Shown in pieces: positions 15,249-23,363 of a DNA stretch of 24,000 nucleotides. Location of the stretch: positions 1 to 24,000 of the forward strand of contig JAZOCZ010000132.1 in the NCBI GenBank assembly GCA_045596755.1, written 5' to 3'. The translations under genes were made by a program, and so were the position numbers. Under the pieces are notes generated by a model. It made no database searches. It was not told where the DNA came from and saw only the letters and a list, made by a program, of their open reading frames with translations. This DNA comes from Eubacteriales bacterium (GTDB taxonomy: Bacteria; Bacillota; Clostridia; Oscillospirales; CAG-382). Within the stretch, counting starts at the first letter, position 1. Each line of letters starts with the position of its first letter.

Positions 15249-15500
15249 AGGCAGGAGGAAAGAGGCAAGAGGCAGGAGGCAAGAGGCAAGAGGCTGACGC
15301 TGAGGCGATGAGCGGGGCACGGGGACGGGGTCGAAGACCTGCTTCTCTGTCCTACGTAGTATGATTGAGAACCGTCCCCTGCACCGCGGAACAAGGGGCG
15401 AGATGCAAGAGAAACTGTGGAAAACAGAAATCGAAAAAAGTTCTCTTAACCACTATTCCTGCACCCTGACCCAATCCTTAATTACTGACCCCTTTAAAAT
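15249..15500 (+). other. GC-rich noncoding island with long imperfect hairpin (candidate structured RNA or 3'UTR element)
   Basis: Local GC content is clearly above the AT-rich surroundings. Arm GCGGGGCACGGGGACGG (15312-15328) pairs with CCGTCCCCTGCACCGC (15372-15387), giving 15 bp with one bulge and one mismatch. A nested GGTC-GAA-GACC mini-hairpin is present. CCTGCACC occurs as a direct repeat (15378-15385, 15459-15466) and there are several CTGAC(C) motifs. No credible ORF on either strand. Confidence 0.4.
15251..15292 (+). repeat. Six tandem 7-nt purine-rich repeats (GCARGAG type)
   Basis: GCAGGAG GAAAGAG GCAAGAG GCAGGAG GCAAGAG GCAAGAG, read directly and starting 3 nt after the stop of the 143-aa gene. 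A further GCAAGAG copy lies at 15404-15410. Confidence 0.85.
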
Positions 15501-15535
15501 CAAAAACGACTGACATAACATTTTAGTTATATCAG
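15496..15535 (-). terminator. Terminator of the cohesin-like gene / small ORF unit (weakly bidirectional)
   Basis: On the minus strand CTGATATAAC / GTTATGTCAG forms a 10-bp stem with one G-U pair, followed by TCGTTTTTGATTTT. On the plus strand the same stem has a C-A mismatch and a weaker T tail. Confidence 0.65.
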
Positions 15536-15550
15536 CCGTTTAATTTTGTT

Positions 15551-15709
15551 TTAAACGTCGCGTTCAAGACCTTTGGTACTTCCGCCCAATCCGTAATCTA
15601 CCTGACCTTTATTTCCTAAATTCGGTAAGGCACTTGTTGTAATAATGTCTTTACATTCGAATTCAATAACTTCGACTTTTACTTCTTCGTATATCTTCTT
15701 CTCTGCCAT
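15551..15709 (-). CDS. Unannotated 52-aa ORF translationally coupled to the upstream cohesin-like gene
   Basis: Below the track length cutoff. ATG at 15709 lies 4 nt after the upstream stop, with GGAGGG 10 nt upstream. Translation: MAEKKIYEEVKVEVIEFECKDIITTSALPNLGNKGQVDYGLGGSTKGLERDV. A terminator follows about 15 nt after its stop. Confidence 0.5.
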   Translation of the reverse strand: MAEKKIYEEVKVEVIEFECKDIITTSALPNLGNKGQVDYGLGGSTKGLERDV

Positions 15710-15712
15710 AGT

Positions 15713-17161
15713 TTATTTTCCCTCCATAACGTTTACGTAGTTTTCAATGGATTTGCCGTAGTTGTAAAGTGATTGTGAAAAAGCAGAATAACCATCTGTA
15801 TTCTGTGTGGAATAAACGTATGCTTTTGCGCTGAAACGAAGTGTTCTTCCTTCGTTGCCTTCTGCATCAAAAAGCGTTACTGTGTAAATATAATCAATGC
15901 CCGTTGCGGCAGGCTTGATATTGAGATAATAAAGCCTATCTTCATCCGATTTTACAAGAGAAGCGCTGTCAAGTTCGCAATAGTATCTTTCTTTTCCCGT
16001 ATTTACACGAACCAACATTTTCATGCCTTCTATTGAATCGGCTTCGATTCCATAAGTGAGCCAGAAGTTATTGTTGAAGGTCATAGTTACGGTTGAGAAA
16101 TCAACTTTGGATGCTGTACCGCTTATTTTGAAATCGTCTTCAGATTCATCGATAGTGGTGAAGTTTGAAGGGGTGAATGCTTCAACTTTTGTTACTCCGC
16201 CTGTTACCAATTTATCTGTGTTATAATTTGTGTATACCTGTGCTTCTTTACCATATTCGAGAAGGTCGCTGAGCAAAGCTACTATTATTTCGTATTGCTC
16301 GTCGGTTGCGTTTTCGTTTATTGATGATTTACCGTTGTTAAAAACGTAGTTACAATAATCGAGAACGCTGTATGATACTTTGTCGGAAATCTGTTCGCCG
16401 TCAAGAACGAGATATGCTTCAACTTTATCGCCCAATCTTGCAGGATGAATCGGCATGAGGAAATCGTAAAGTCCGTTTCCTTTATCCGCACCTTCAACGT
16501 CGCCGCTGAAGTTATCTATATTTTCGTTATCAATTTGGGACTGTTCGAAATGAATTTTTGCTCCCTCGTATCCTTCGGGAATGAACCCTGTGAAGCAAAG
16601 TTCAATGCCCGAACCCACTTGAAGGGAAACACCCTTGAGTGATGCAGGGAATCCAAGTATCTTCATGCTGTTTTCCAGATCTTCAACGAAAACGCCCGTT
16701 ATCTTCTTACTTACGCTGTTGTAAAGAGCAAAATCTATGTATTGTGCTTTGAAAACCGGATTACCAAATTTTGTTGCTTTGAAAGTGAAGGTGAAGTTTA
16801 TTGTTTCACCGTTTTTAATACCAGTAGCTGTTCCATCATCACTGTTCAATTCTGCAAGAAGGAGAATTTCACCGTCTTCTTCGTAATGTATTGTTGTGAG
16901 TTCCCAATTTTCGATTGATTTTTCTTCAACGAATTCAACCACATCGTTGTCGTAGATAAAAGAAAAACTTCCGCAATGGATTTCATCAACATTTTTGTTG
17001 GTAACTGACAACGTGACGTCGAAAGTTTCTTCCACTTCAAGTTCAGTCTTGCTGAAAAGAATTTCAATGTCGAGAGTCGGTTTTGTTCCTGTGGCATTTA
17101 CAAAAACGCAAAGATTGAAAAGCATACCAACCATCAACAACAAAGAGCATATATTTTTCAT
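15713..17161 (-). CDS. Secreted protein with N-terminal cohesin-like module
   Basis: Signal peptide (ICSLLLMVGMLFNLCVFVNA). Cohesin-like pattern LDIEILFSKTELEVEETFDVTLSVTNKNVDEIHCGSFSFIYDNDVVEFVE...GETINFTFTFKATKFG. I do not recognise the remaining ~330 aa. No dockerin or sortase signal seen. Confidence 0.65.
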   Translation of the reverse strand: MKNICSLLLMVGMLFNLCVFVNATGTKPTLDIEILFSKTELEVEETFDVTLSVTNKNVDEIHCGSFSFIYDNDVVEFVEEKSIENWELTTIHYEEDGEILLLAELNSDDGTATGIKNGETINFTFTFKATKFGNPVFKAQYIDFALYNSVSKKITGVFVEDLENSMKILGFPASLKGVSLQVGSGIELCFTGFIPEGYEGAKIHFEQSQIDNENIDNFSGDVEGADKGNGLYDFLMPIHPARLGDKVEAYLVLDGEQISDKVSYSVLDYCNYVFNNGKSSINENATDEQYEIIVALLSDLLEYGKEAQVYTNYNTDKLVTGGVTKVEAFTPSNFTTIDESEDDFKISGTASKVDFSTVTMTFNNNFWLTYGIEADSIEGMKMLVRVNTGKERYYCELDSASLVKSDEDRLYYLNIKPAATGIDYIYTVTLFDAEGNEGRTLRFSAKAYVYSTQNTDGYSAFSQSLYNYGKSIENYVNVMEGK

Positions 17162-17204
17162 AAAAATTACCTCATATTAAGGATTATTATTCTATTCTAC
17201 TTTG

Positions 17205-17233
17205 ATTTTATACTATTTGTTTTCAACTGTCAA
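17205..17233 (-). promoter_or_regulatory. sigma-A type promoter for the cohesin-like gene
   Basis: On the minus strand: TTGACA (17228-17233), 17 nt, TAAAAT (17205-17210). GAGG RBS before ATG 17161. Confidence 0.55.
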
Positions 17234-17260
17234 GAGCTTTTTCACATTTTTTTAAAAAAA

Positions 17261-18454
17261 TTATAATAATGCGTTTTTGAGCCTCGGTAGAGCGTCTTCA
17301 ATATATTTGGTAGGACAGGCTATGTTCCAGCGTTCGAATCCTTTTCCACCTTCTCCAAAAATATACCCTTCATCGAAATATAAAAAATTTTCTTTCATGC
17401 GTTTTTCAAGTTCTTCTATGGAATAATTGGTTTTTCTCATATCAAGCCACATGAGATAAGTTCCCTCCAAAGGAAAAACTTTCACGTTCGGAATGTTTTC
17501 CTTTATATAATTTTCAATAAGGGTTTTATTTGCGTATATAACCTCCAATGCACATTTCAGCCATTCATCGCATTGTTTATAGGCTATGGAACAAGCCTTG
17601 TAACCTAAAACTCCACATTCGTTGAAAGCGAAGGAATCCGCTAACGCTTTGAGAAGTAACTCTCTTTTTTCTTTGGATTTTACGAAAGCGTTTGATGTCT
17701 GAAGTCCTGCTAAATTGAATGATTTACTGGGAGAAGTGAAGGCAACGGAGTCGTATGCAAATTTTTCCGATATTGAAGGGAACATAATATGCTTATGTCC
17801 TTTCATGGTAATATCCATATGTATTTCGTCAGAAATAACAAAAACGCCGTTTTCTATGCATATTTCTCCCAAACGAACGAGTTCTTCCCTCGTCCATACT
17901 CTTCCTGTTGGATTGTGGGGACTGCAAAGAATAAAAAGTTTTGCTTTTTTTGCGAGTTTTTCGAAAAGTTCAAAATCTATTCTATAACCTTCTTCCGTGA
18001 TAACGAGAGGACAGTCAAGCAGTTTTCTATTGTTGAATTCGATGGCTCTGTAAAGGGGATAATAAACGGGAGTCAGCATAATAATTCCGTCACCTTCTTC
18101 TGAAAAGGCGCGTACTGCGGAAAACACCCCTTCAACAACACCTCTTGTTTCAACTATTTCTTCTTCATTCGGTCGGTATCCATGCTTTCTATCCATGTAT
18201 GAGCAAACTATATTTTTATATTCATCCGTACCGCAGGTGTAGCCTAAAACGTTTCCCTTGATAAAATCGCAAAGCCCATCTCTGATTTCGGGAGCCGTAA
18301 GAAATTCCATATCCGCAACGGAAAAAGGAATAACGTTTTCGGGGAGGATTTTTTTTGAAGCTTTGATGTCTGATTCAAGGTCTCTCCATTTTTCAGCTCC
18401 TGTGTTTGCCCTGCTTGGAGCATTTGCAAAATCATATTTTATATCATTTTTCAT
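17261..18454 (-). CDS. patB: PLP-dependent C-S lyase / aminotransferase, MalY/PatB family (cystathionine beta-lyase type)
   Basis: The 397-aa protein has a class I/II aminotransferase fold with PLP-lysine motif SPSKSFNLAGL. The N-terminal GAEKW..., CSPHNPTGRVW and the C-terminal FG..G.GFER.N pattern are typical of PatB/MalY. Confidence 0.85.
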   Translation of the reverse strand: MKNDIKYDFANAPSRANTGAEKWRDLESDIKASKKILPENVIPFSVADMEFLTAPEIRDGLCDFIKGNVLGYTCGTDEYKNIVCSYMDRKHGYRPNEEEIVETRGVVEGVFSAVRAFSEEGDGIIMLTPVYYPLYRAIEFNNRKLLDCPLVITEEGYRIDFELFEKLAKKAKLFILCSPHNPTGRVWTREELVRLGEICIENGVFVISDEIHMDITMKGHKHIMFPSISEKFAYDSVAFTSPSKSFNLAGLQTSNAFVKSKEKRELLLKALADSFAFNECGVLGYKACSIAYKQCDEWLKCALEVIYANKTLIENYIKENIPNVKVFPLEGTYLMWLDMRKTNYSIEELEKRMKENFLYFDEGYIFGEGGKGFERWNIACPTKYIEDALPRLKNALL

Positions 18455-18484
18455 ATTACAACCTCGCTTTTATTTGCTACTCAC

Positions 18485-18513
18485 ATTATAATGTATTTGC
18501 TTTGAAATATCAA
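18485..18513 (-). promoter_or_regulatory. sigma-A type promoter for patB
   Basis: On the minus strand: TTGATA (18508-18513), 17 nt, TATAAT (18485-18490). The leader is only about 25 nt, so there is no room for a riboswitch or T-box. Confidence 0.55.
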
Positions 18514-18553
18514 CCGTTTTGTTTGATATTTTACAAGAATTTATAATTAAGTA

Positions 18554-18582
18554 TTGAAAAAAATAAATCAAAGCGGTATAAT
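18554..18582 (+). promoter_or_regulatory. sigma-A type promoter for the pseudouridine synthase gene
   Basis: TTGAAA (18554-18559), 17 nt, TATAAT (18577-18582). AAAGGAG RBS before ATG 18609. Confidence 0.6.
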
Positions 18583-18608
18583 TACTGTATCAATGAAAGG
18601 AGCGGGTT

Positions 18609-19478
18609 ATGGAATACATAGTATCGGCTGAACATGACGGACTTTTGCTAAGAACGTATCTGAAAAACGTTCTTTTTCTCTCCCGTTCTCTCGTTTCGGA
18701 AATGAAACGTAAGCAGGGACTAAGTATTAACGGAGAAAAAGTTACTGTAAGATATGTTCTTAAAATGGGCGACGTGGTTTGCGTTGATTTTGAGGACGAT
18801 GTGGGTTCTGAAAATATAGAACCCGTCAATATTGAAATAAAGGTTTTGTACGAGGATGAACATATTGTTGTTGTGGATAAACCCCCTTTTATGCCCGTTC
18901 ATCCGTCACATGGACATAGAAACGATACATTGGCAAACGCACTTGCATATATATACAGAGATAAAAATTTTGTTATGCGTGCAATAAACCGTCTTGACAG
19001 AAATACAAGCGGAATAGTTCTGGTGGCGAAAAACAGAAAATCAGCTTTTTTCCTTTCAAATCAGATGAAGGAACGAAAATTCGGGAAAATTTACGTTGCA
19101 CTGACAGAAGGCATACCGCCTGATGAATTTTTCGTTGAAACTTATATGAAAAGGAAAAACGAATCGGTTATAGAAAGAAAAATTTGTTTTAAGAATGAAG
19201 ACGGTGCAGAATATTCCTGCACCGAGGGGAAAACGAAGGAAAGTTTCAGAAAATCAAACGGGGATGTATTTTCTCTTGTTGAACTCATTCCTCATACGGG
19301 CCGTACACATCAGTTGAGAGTGCATATGGCGTATTTAGGATTTCCGATTGTAGGAGACGATTTGTATGGAACGGATGGAGATAGACATATGCTTCATTGT
19401 CGGTATCTTAGTTTCGTTCATCCTGAAACGAGAGAAAAAATGGAATTTTTTTCGGATTGTTGCTTTGGAAAACACTAA
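18609..19478 (+). CDS. RluA-family 23S rRNA pseudouridine synthase (RluD/YlyB-like) with N-terminal S4-like domain
   Basis: Catalytic-Asp motif NRLDRNTSGIVLVAK and the HTGRTHQLRVH motif. The N-terminal RLD-type S4 segment reads LLRTYLKNVL.LSRSLVSEMKRKQGLSINGEKV. Confidence 0.9.
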   Translation: MEYIVSAEHDGLLLRTYLKNVLFLSRSLVSEMKRKQGLSINGEKVTVRYVLKMGDVVCVDFEDDVGSENIEPVNIEIKVLYEDEHIVVVDKPPFMPVHPSHGHRNDTLANALAYIYRDKNFVMRAINRLDRNTSGIVLVAKNRKSAFFLSNQMKERKFGKIYVALTEGIPPDEFFVETYMKRKNESVIERKICFKNEDGAEYSCTEGKTKESFRKSNGDVFSLVELIPHTGRTHQLRVHMAYLGFPIVGDDLYGTDGDRHMLHCRYLSFVHPETREKMEFFSDCCFGKH

Positions 19479-19564
19479 TATATCTTTTTTCTTATTTCTT
19501 TTTAAAAATACCTGTTTCACGGTAAAAGTTTTCTGTGTTTTTACTCTTGTCATTGGATAATTTA

Positions 19565-19603
19565 AGGGCTACTGCACTAACTATGCAACAGCCCTCATTT
19601 TTT
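19565..19603. terminator. Putative bidirectional terminator between convergent units
   Basis: Stem AGGGCT..TGCA / TGCA..AGCCCT (6 + 4 bp around a 2x2 internal loop). It is followed on the + strand by CATTTTTTAATTTT and abuts the stop codon of the minus-strand 68-aa gene. Confidence 0.5.
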
Positions 19604-19808
19604 AATTTTGTTTTCTTACCGTCTTATATTCGTCGTAATATCTGTAAAAACGGCAATTGAAATCCGTATGGAGTGCGAATTTTTCGTACTCGTCCTGATC
19701 AAGTCCAACGTTACAGCAATATGTGTCGGAGTCCTCGTCATAATCGTAAAACTCACAGCTTTCACATCTCGTCTGTGAAAAGGATTGATAATTCTTTTTG
19801 TTTTCCAT
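19602..19808 (-). CDS. Small acidic Cys-rich protein of unknown function
   Basis: The 68-aa ORF is the last gene of the dnaG-rpoD-ireB string. It has CxxC (CESC), a CC pair and a fifth Cys, in a D/E/Y-rich sequence (YDYDEDSDTYCCNVGLDQDEYEKF..CRFYRYYDEY). It looks like a conserved clostridial small protein, but I cannot name the family. Confidence 0.55.
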   Translation of the reverse strand: MENKKNYQSFSQTRCESCEFYDYDEDSDTYCCNVGLDQDEYEKFALHTDFNCRFYRYYDEYKTVRKQN

Positions 19809-19813
19809 TTTGA

Positions 19814-20110
19814 TTATTTTGCTCTCAATTCACGTTCGAGCCAAATCATACCAATATCAAAGGCTTCGTAAAATGATTTTTTCTCGCACTGCTTTATTAT
19901 TTTCTGGTTTGCTGACAAACCGCTTTCTGTGCTGTGAATCTGAACGAGAACTTTAGTTGCAACAGAAGTATCTCCAACTTTTTCGGATTCAAGTATATTC
20001 ATATACAAAATTGCTTTATCCGTGGGAAAACCATAATATATTACGTTGTCCTGTCTTACAAGGGGCTTACCCTTATACATCAAAACCTTATCTTTTTTGG
20101 CTTCTGACAT
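19814..20110 (-). CDS. Hypothetical protein
   Basis: The 98-aa ORF is tightly packed (6-nt gaps) between ireB and the 68-aa gene. GAAGG RBS. No recognised motif. Confidence 0.55.
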   Translation of the reverse strand: MSEAKKDKVLMYKGKPLVRQDNVIYYGFPTDKAILYMNILESEKVGDTSVATKVLVQIHSTESGLSANQKIIKQCEKKSFYEAFDIGMIWLERELRAK

Positions 20111-20116
20111 TTGTAA

Positions 20117-20425
20117 TTACCTTCTTTCAATGTTTTTCTTTTCTTCTTCCACCTTGGATTTAAGGAAAACCCTGAGAAGAACTCTTATAATATCGTCCGT
20201 TGGAACGGAAGTGATAAGGGAACGGGCGTTATTCATACTCGTTATATAGGTTGGGTCTTCAGAAATTATATATCCGTGTAACTGGTTGATGGGGTCATAA
20301 CAGCCTTTTGCTATGAGAGCATCAATAACCTGATTCAATACTTCAATAGTCTTTTTGTCCGCTTCCGTTTCCCTTATATAATCAGCGGCTGTCTTTTTTG
20401 CAAATATAGTATTTTTCTGGATCAT
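20117..20425 (-). CDS. ireB: IreB-family regulatory phosphoprotein (UPF0297)
   Basis: VLNQVIDALIAKGCYDPINQLHGYIISEDPTYITSMNNARSLI....DDIIRVLLRVFL matches the UPF0297/IreB signature (Y.PINQ..GY..S.DP.YI....AR..I). AGGAGG RBS. Confidence 0.85.
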   Translation of the reverse strand: MIQKNTIFAKKTAADYIRETEADKKTIEVLNQVIDALIAKGCYDPINQLHGYIISEDPTYITSMNNARSLITSVPTDDIIRVLLRVFLKSKVEEEKKNIERR

Positions 20426-20458
20426 GTTTTATACCTCCTGTGTGTGGCTCAGGACTTT

Positions 20459-21565
20459 TTATTCCATGAAGTCCTTGAGCTTTCTGCTTCTTGCAGGGTG
20501 ACGGAGTTTTCTCAACGCCTTCGCCTCAATCTGACGGATTCTTTCACGTGTAATTTTAAACTGTTTTCCAACTTCTTCAAGAGTACGCTGCTTTCCGTCA
20601 ATAAGACCGAATCTGAGCTTCAATACCTGTTCTTCTCTTGGGGTGAGAGTTTTAAGAACTTCGAAAAGAGCCTTATGAAGCATAACGTATGATGCGGCTT
20701 CCGCAGGGGAAGGCGTGCTTTCATCTGCGATGAAGTCGCCCAAGTGGCTGTCTTCTTCTTCGCCTATGGGCATTTCGAGGGAAACGGGGTCTTGTGATAT
20801 TTTCAGAATTTCTCTTACACGTTCAGGAGAAAGGTTAACTTCCTTTGCAATTTCTTCGCTGGTTGGCTCTCTGCCTAACTTTTGGAGGAGCTGACGGGAA
20901 ACACGAAGCACCTTGTTGATGGTTTCAACCATGTGAACGGGAATTCTTATAGTTCTTGCCTGATCTGCAATGGCTCTCGTTATTGCCTGTTTTACCCACC
21001 ATGTTGCGTAAGTGGAGAATTTATATCCCTTGCCGTAATCGAATTTTTCAACGGCTTTCATCAACCCCAGATTTCCTTCCTGAATGAGATCAAGGAAAAA
21101 CATACCTCTGTTGATGTATTTCTTTGCAATACTTACAACAAGTCTGAGGTTTGCTTCAACAAGCTGGTCTTTTGCTTTCTGATCGCCTGCCGCCATACGG
21201 CTTGCAAGCTCCAATTCCTTGTCTGCGGAAAGAAGGGGAACTTTTCCTATTTCTTTGAGATACATTCTAACAGGGTCATCTATTGAAAGACCTTCCTGTG
21301 CCAAAAGAACGTCAACGTCTTCGCTGTCGTATTCACTCTGCTCTTCTTCCTCTTGGAATCCATTCTGAAGCTCTGCAAGAGCTGGGTCGTAATCTGCGTT
21401 GATTTCGATTCCGCTTGAATCGAGCATATCGCATATAAGCTCTAAATCTTCAATGGAACAGTCAAAGCAGTCAATAGCGTCGAGCACGTCGCTTGAGCTT
21501 ACGGAACCCTTTGTTTTCCAGGCTTCTATGAAGCTTGAAAAAAGATTCTTTTTTTCTTCTGTCAT
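20459..21565 (-). CDS. rpoD: RNA polymerase primary sigma factor (SigA/RpoD)
   Basis: Regions 1.2-4.2 are recognisable: [106 protein letters not shown]. Confidence 0.95.
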   Translation of the reverse strand: MTEEKKNLFSSFIEAWKTKGSVSSSDVLDAIDCFDCSIEDLELICDMLDSSGIEINADYDPALAELQNGFQEEEEQSEYDSEDVDVLLAQEGLSIDDPVRMYLKEIGKVPLLSADKELELASRMAAGDQKAKDQLVEANLRLVVSIAKKYINRGMFFLDLIQEGNLGLMKAVEKFDYGKGYKFSTYATWWVKQAITRAIADQARTIRIPVHMVETINKVLRVSRQLLQKLGREPTSEEIAKEVNLSPERVREILKISQDPVSLEMPIGEEEDSHLGDFIADESTPSPAEAASYVMLHKALFEVLKTLTPREEQVLKLRFGLIDGKQRTLEEVGKQFKITRERIRQIEAKALRKLRHPARSRKLKDFME

Positions 21566-21590
21566 TTTGTTTCTCCTTGGTATTTATGTA

Positions 21591-23363
21591 TTATTTTTTA
21601 TTCTTTTTAATGGAATCAATGTAGTTTTTCAGTGCCTCTCCTCGTGAATCCTCGTCAGCATCTGAAATTGCTTTATCCGCATCGGATTTTCTTTTTTTAT
21701 CTTCCAACGCTTCCATAAGCTTTAAAACCGCCTCTTTCGTATTATCACCGTGAGATTGACGCATCGCTATCATTCTTGCTATTGATGAGGTTTCTTCGGC
21801 AGTCAAGGATTCATTTGAAATAATAGGTTCTGTACCGCTTTCAAAATCGTTTTTGAAAACGGAAAATACTTTTTTACCGAATTCTGTAAAGAAAATACTT
21901 TCGTTTATTCTTCCGTCGGCGAATTTGTATAGCTCAGGTTGAATCATCAGTATTCCGAGGAGCTTTTCTTCGAGAAGTGCTTCACCAGGCATGGAAAGCT
22001 TATCCTTGTTTGCCTTGTCTCCCGCACCCATCGTGCGAAGCAGTTCTTTTTTCTCGAATTCTTTTTTACCTTTTCGTTCAAGACTTTTCCTTCTTCTTCT
22101 GATTCCTTCTGATATGGCATCCTTGCTTACGCCCAAAATCTTGGCGGCTCGTTCTGAATATATTTCTCTTTCGGCAAGGGTATCAAGGCTTGCTAAAAGT
22201 TCGCATACGTCAGATACGGCTTTCAGCTTGTTTTCTGAAATGGATATATCAAGACTTCCAATAGTTTTGGCTATAAGGAAATCTATTTCTCCGTCTGCAC
22301 CCTGAAGGAGCTTGCGGAAGCTGTCAGCACCGTATTTTTTTATGTATTCGTCGGGGTCTTTGGCGTTTGTAACTTTAACTACTTTTGAGGATATTCCAAG
22401 CTGGGTCAAAAGCTTTATGCCTTTTTCTGTCGCGGTCTGTCCCGCTGTATCGGAATCGTAGCAAAGATATATTTTCTTTGTATACTTAGCAAGGGTTCTG
22501 GACTGTTCAGGAGTTATAGCTGTTCCAAGAGTTGCTACTGCACCGTCGAATCCCGCTTGATGAAGGGCGATTGCATCAACGCATCCTTCGCACATTATAA
22601 GCTCTGTAGCACTATGGGCTTTAGCCATGTTGAGAGCGAAAACAAATTTGCTTTTCTTGAAAACGAGAGTGTCTGACGTGTTGACGTATTTTCGCTCGTC
22701 GTTTTCGTTGAGCCTTCTTGCACTGAAGCCTAAAACTTCACCTGTTGTTGAAATCAAAGGGAAGGCAATACGGTTTCTGAAGATGTCATACATCTTTCCG
22801 TTTTTACCCTTTTTGCAAAGAAAAGCAACGTCAACCTCCTCGTCTGTAAATCCCTTGCTTTTCAGAAAATCGTAAAGGGCGCTCCATGAATCAGGGGCAT
22901 ATCCTATACCAAAACGTTTAATTGTGGTAAGAGTAAGTCCTCTGTTTGTCAGATAACTTAAGGCGGATTTTCCCTTTTCACCCATAAGACTTTGATGGAA
23001 AAACCTTGCCGCTTCTTTGTTTGCCTCGTAAATTCGGGCTTTCTTTATTCCGTAGGATTTTTCTTCAGAGGTTTCGGGAATTGGTACGCCTGATTCCTTG
23101 GCAAGTAATCTCAACGCTTCAACGTAATCAAGCCCGTTTACAGCCATTGCAAATCCTATAACGTTTCCACCTGCTCCGCATCCGAAGCAATAATATGATT
23201 TTGTGTTCGGAAAAACTGTGAAGGAAGGTGTTCTTTCGCTATGGAATGGGCATGACCCGCTTAGCACCGAACCTGCACGCTTCAAGGGAACGTATCTTGA
23301 TATGTAATCCCCGATATCCGTACGTTCAATTATTTCTGTTATTGTTTCATCAGGAATACGCAA
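21591..23363 (-). CDS. dnaG: DNA primase DnaG
   Basis: Zinc finger CPFHSERTPSFTV...YYCFGCGAGGNVIGF, RNA-polymerase core, TOPRIM (CEGCVDAIAL, YLCYDSDTAGQ.AT) and a C-terminal helicase-binding region. I place the start at TTG 23363 (LRIPDETITEI), 7 nt after GGAGG (23371-23375). The track start at 23414 adds an implausible leader. Confidence 0.9.
   Translation of the reverse strand: MRIPDETITEIIERTDIGDYISRYVPLKRAGSVLSGSCPFHSERTPSFTVFPNTKSYYCFGCGAGGNVIGFAMAVNGLDYVEALRLLAKESGVPIPETSEEKSYGIKKARIYEANKEAARFFHQSLMGEKGKSALSYLTNRGLTLTTIKRFGIGYAPDSWSALYDFLKSKGFTDEEVDVAFLCKKGKNGKMYDIFRNRIAFPLISTTGEVLGFSARRLNENDERKYVNTSDTLVFKKSKFVFALNMAKAHSATELIMCEGCVDAIALHQAGFDGAVATLGTAITPEQSRTLAKYTKKIYLCYDSDTAGQTATEKGIKLLTQLGISSKVVKVTNAKDPDEYIKKYGADSFRKLLQGADGEIDFLIAKTIGSLDISISENKLKAVSDVCELLASLDTLAEREIYSERAAKILGVSKDAISEGIRRRRKSLERKGKKEFEKKELLRTMGAGDKANKDKLSMPGEALLEEKLLGILMIQPELYKFADGRINESIFFTEFGKKVFSVFKNDFESGTEPIISNESLTAEETSSIARMIAMRQSHGDNTKEAVLKLMEALEDKKRKSDADKAISDADEDSRGEALKNYIDSIKKNKK

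Noticed and set aside
15249-15311. In-frame extension after the TGA stop of the 143-aa gene (RQEERGKRQEARGKR...) as possible readthrough, and an 18-aa Arg-rich ORF at 15308
   Set aside because: The apparent 7-aa periodicity only reflects the 7-nt DNA repeat. The sequence is dominated by AGG/CGG/GGG codons that are atypical for the surrounding genes. No evidence for recoding can be obtained from sequence alone.
14876-15394. 172-aa minus-strand ORF spanning the 143-aa gene and the GC-rich island
   Set aside because: Its N-terminal part is a translation of the heptamer repeats and GC hairpin (LPLASCLLPLSSC...). The rest is antisense to a gene with a strong RBS. There is no RBS and the codon usage is aberrant.
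17328-17337. GTTCGAATCC T-loop-like motif suggesting a tRNA
   Set aside because: It lies inside the patB coding sequence. There is no acceptor or anticodon stem context around it.
18483-18494. 12-bp perfect palindrome ACATTATAATGT resembling an NrdR box (about 12 of 16 consensus positions)
   Set aside because: There is a single copy only, whereas NrdR boxes normally occur in tandem pairs. It coincides with the patB -10 TATAAT, and patB is not a ribonucleotide reductase gene. It is probably coincidental.
18455-18608. Possible SAM riboswitch or T-box upstream of patB
   Set aside because: The inferred leader is only about 25 nt and no conserved riboswitch core sequence is present.
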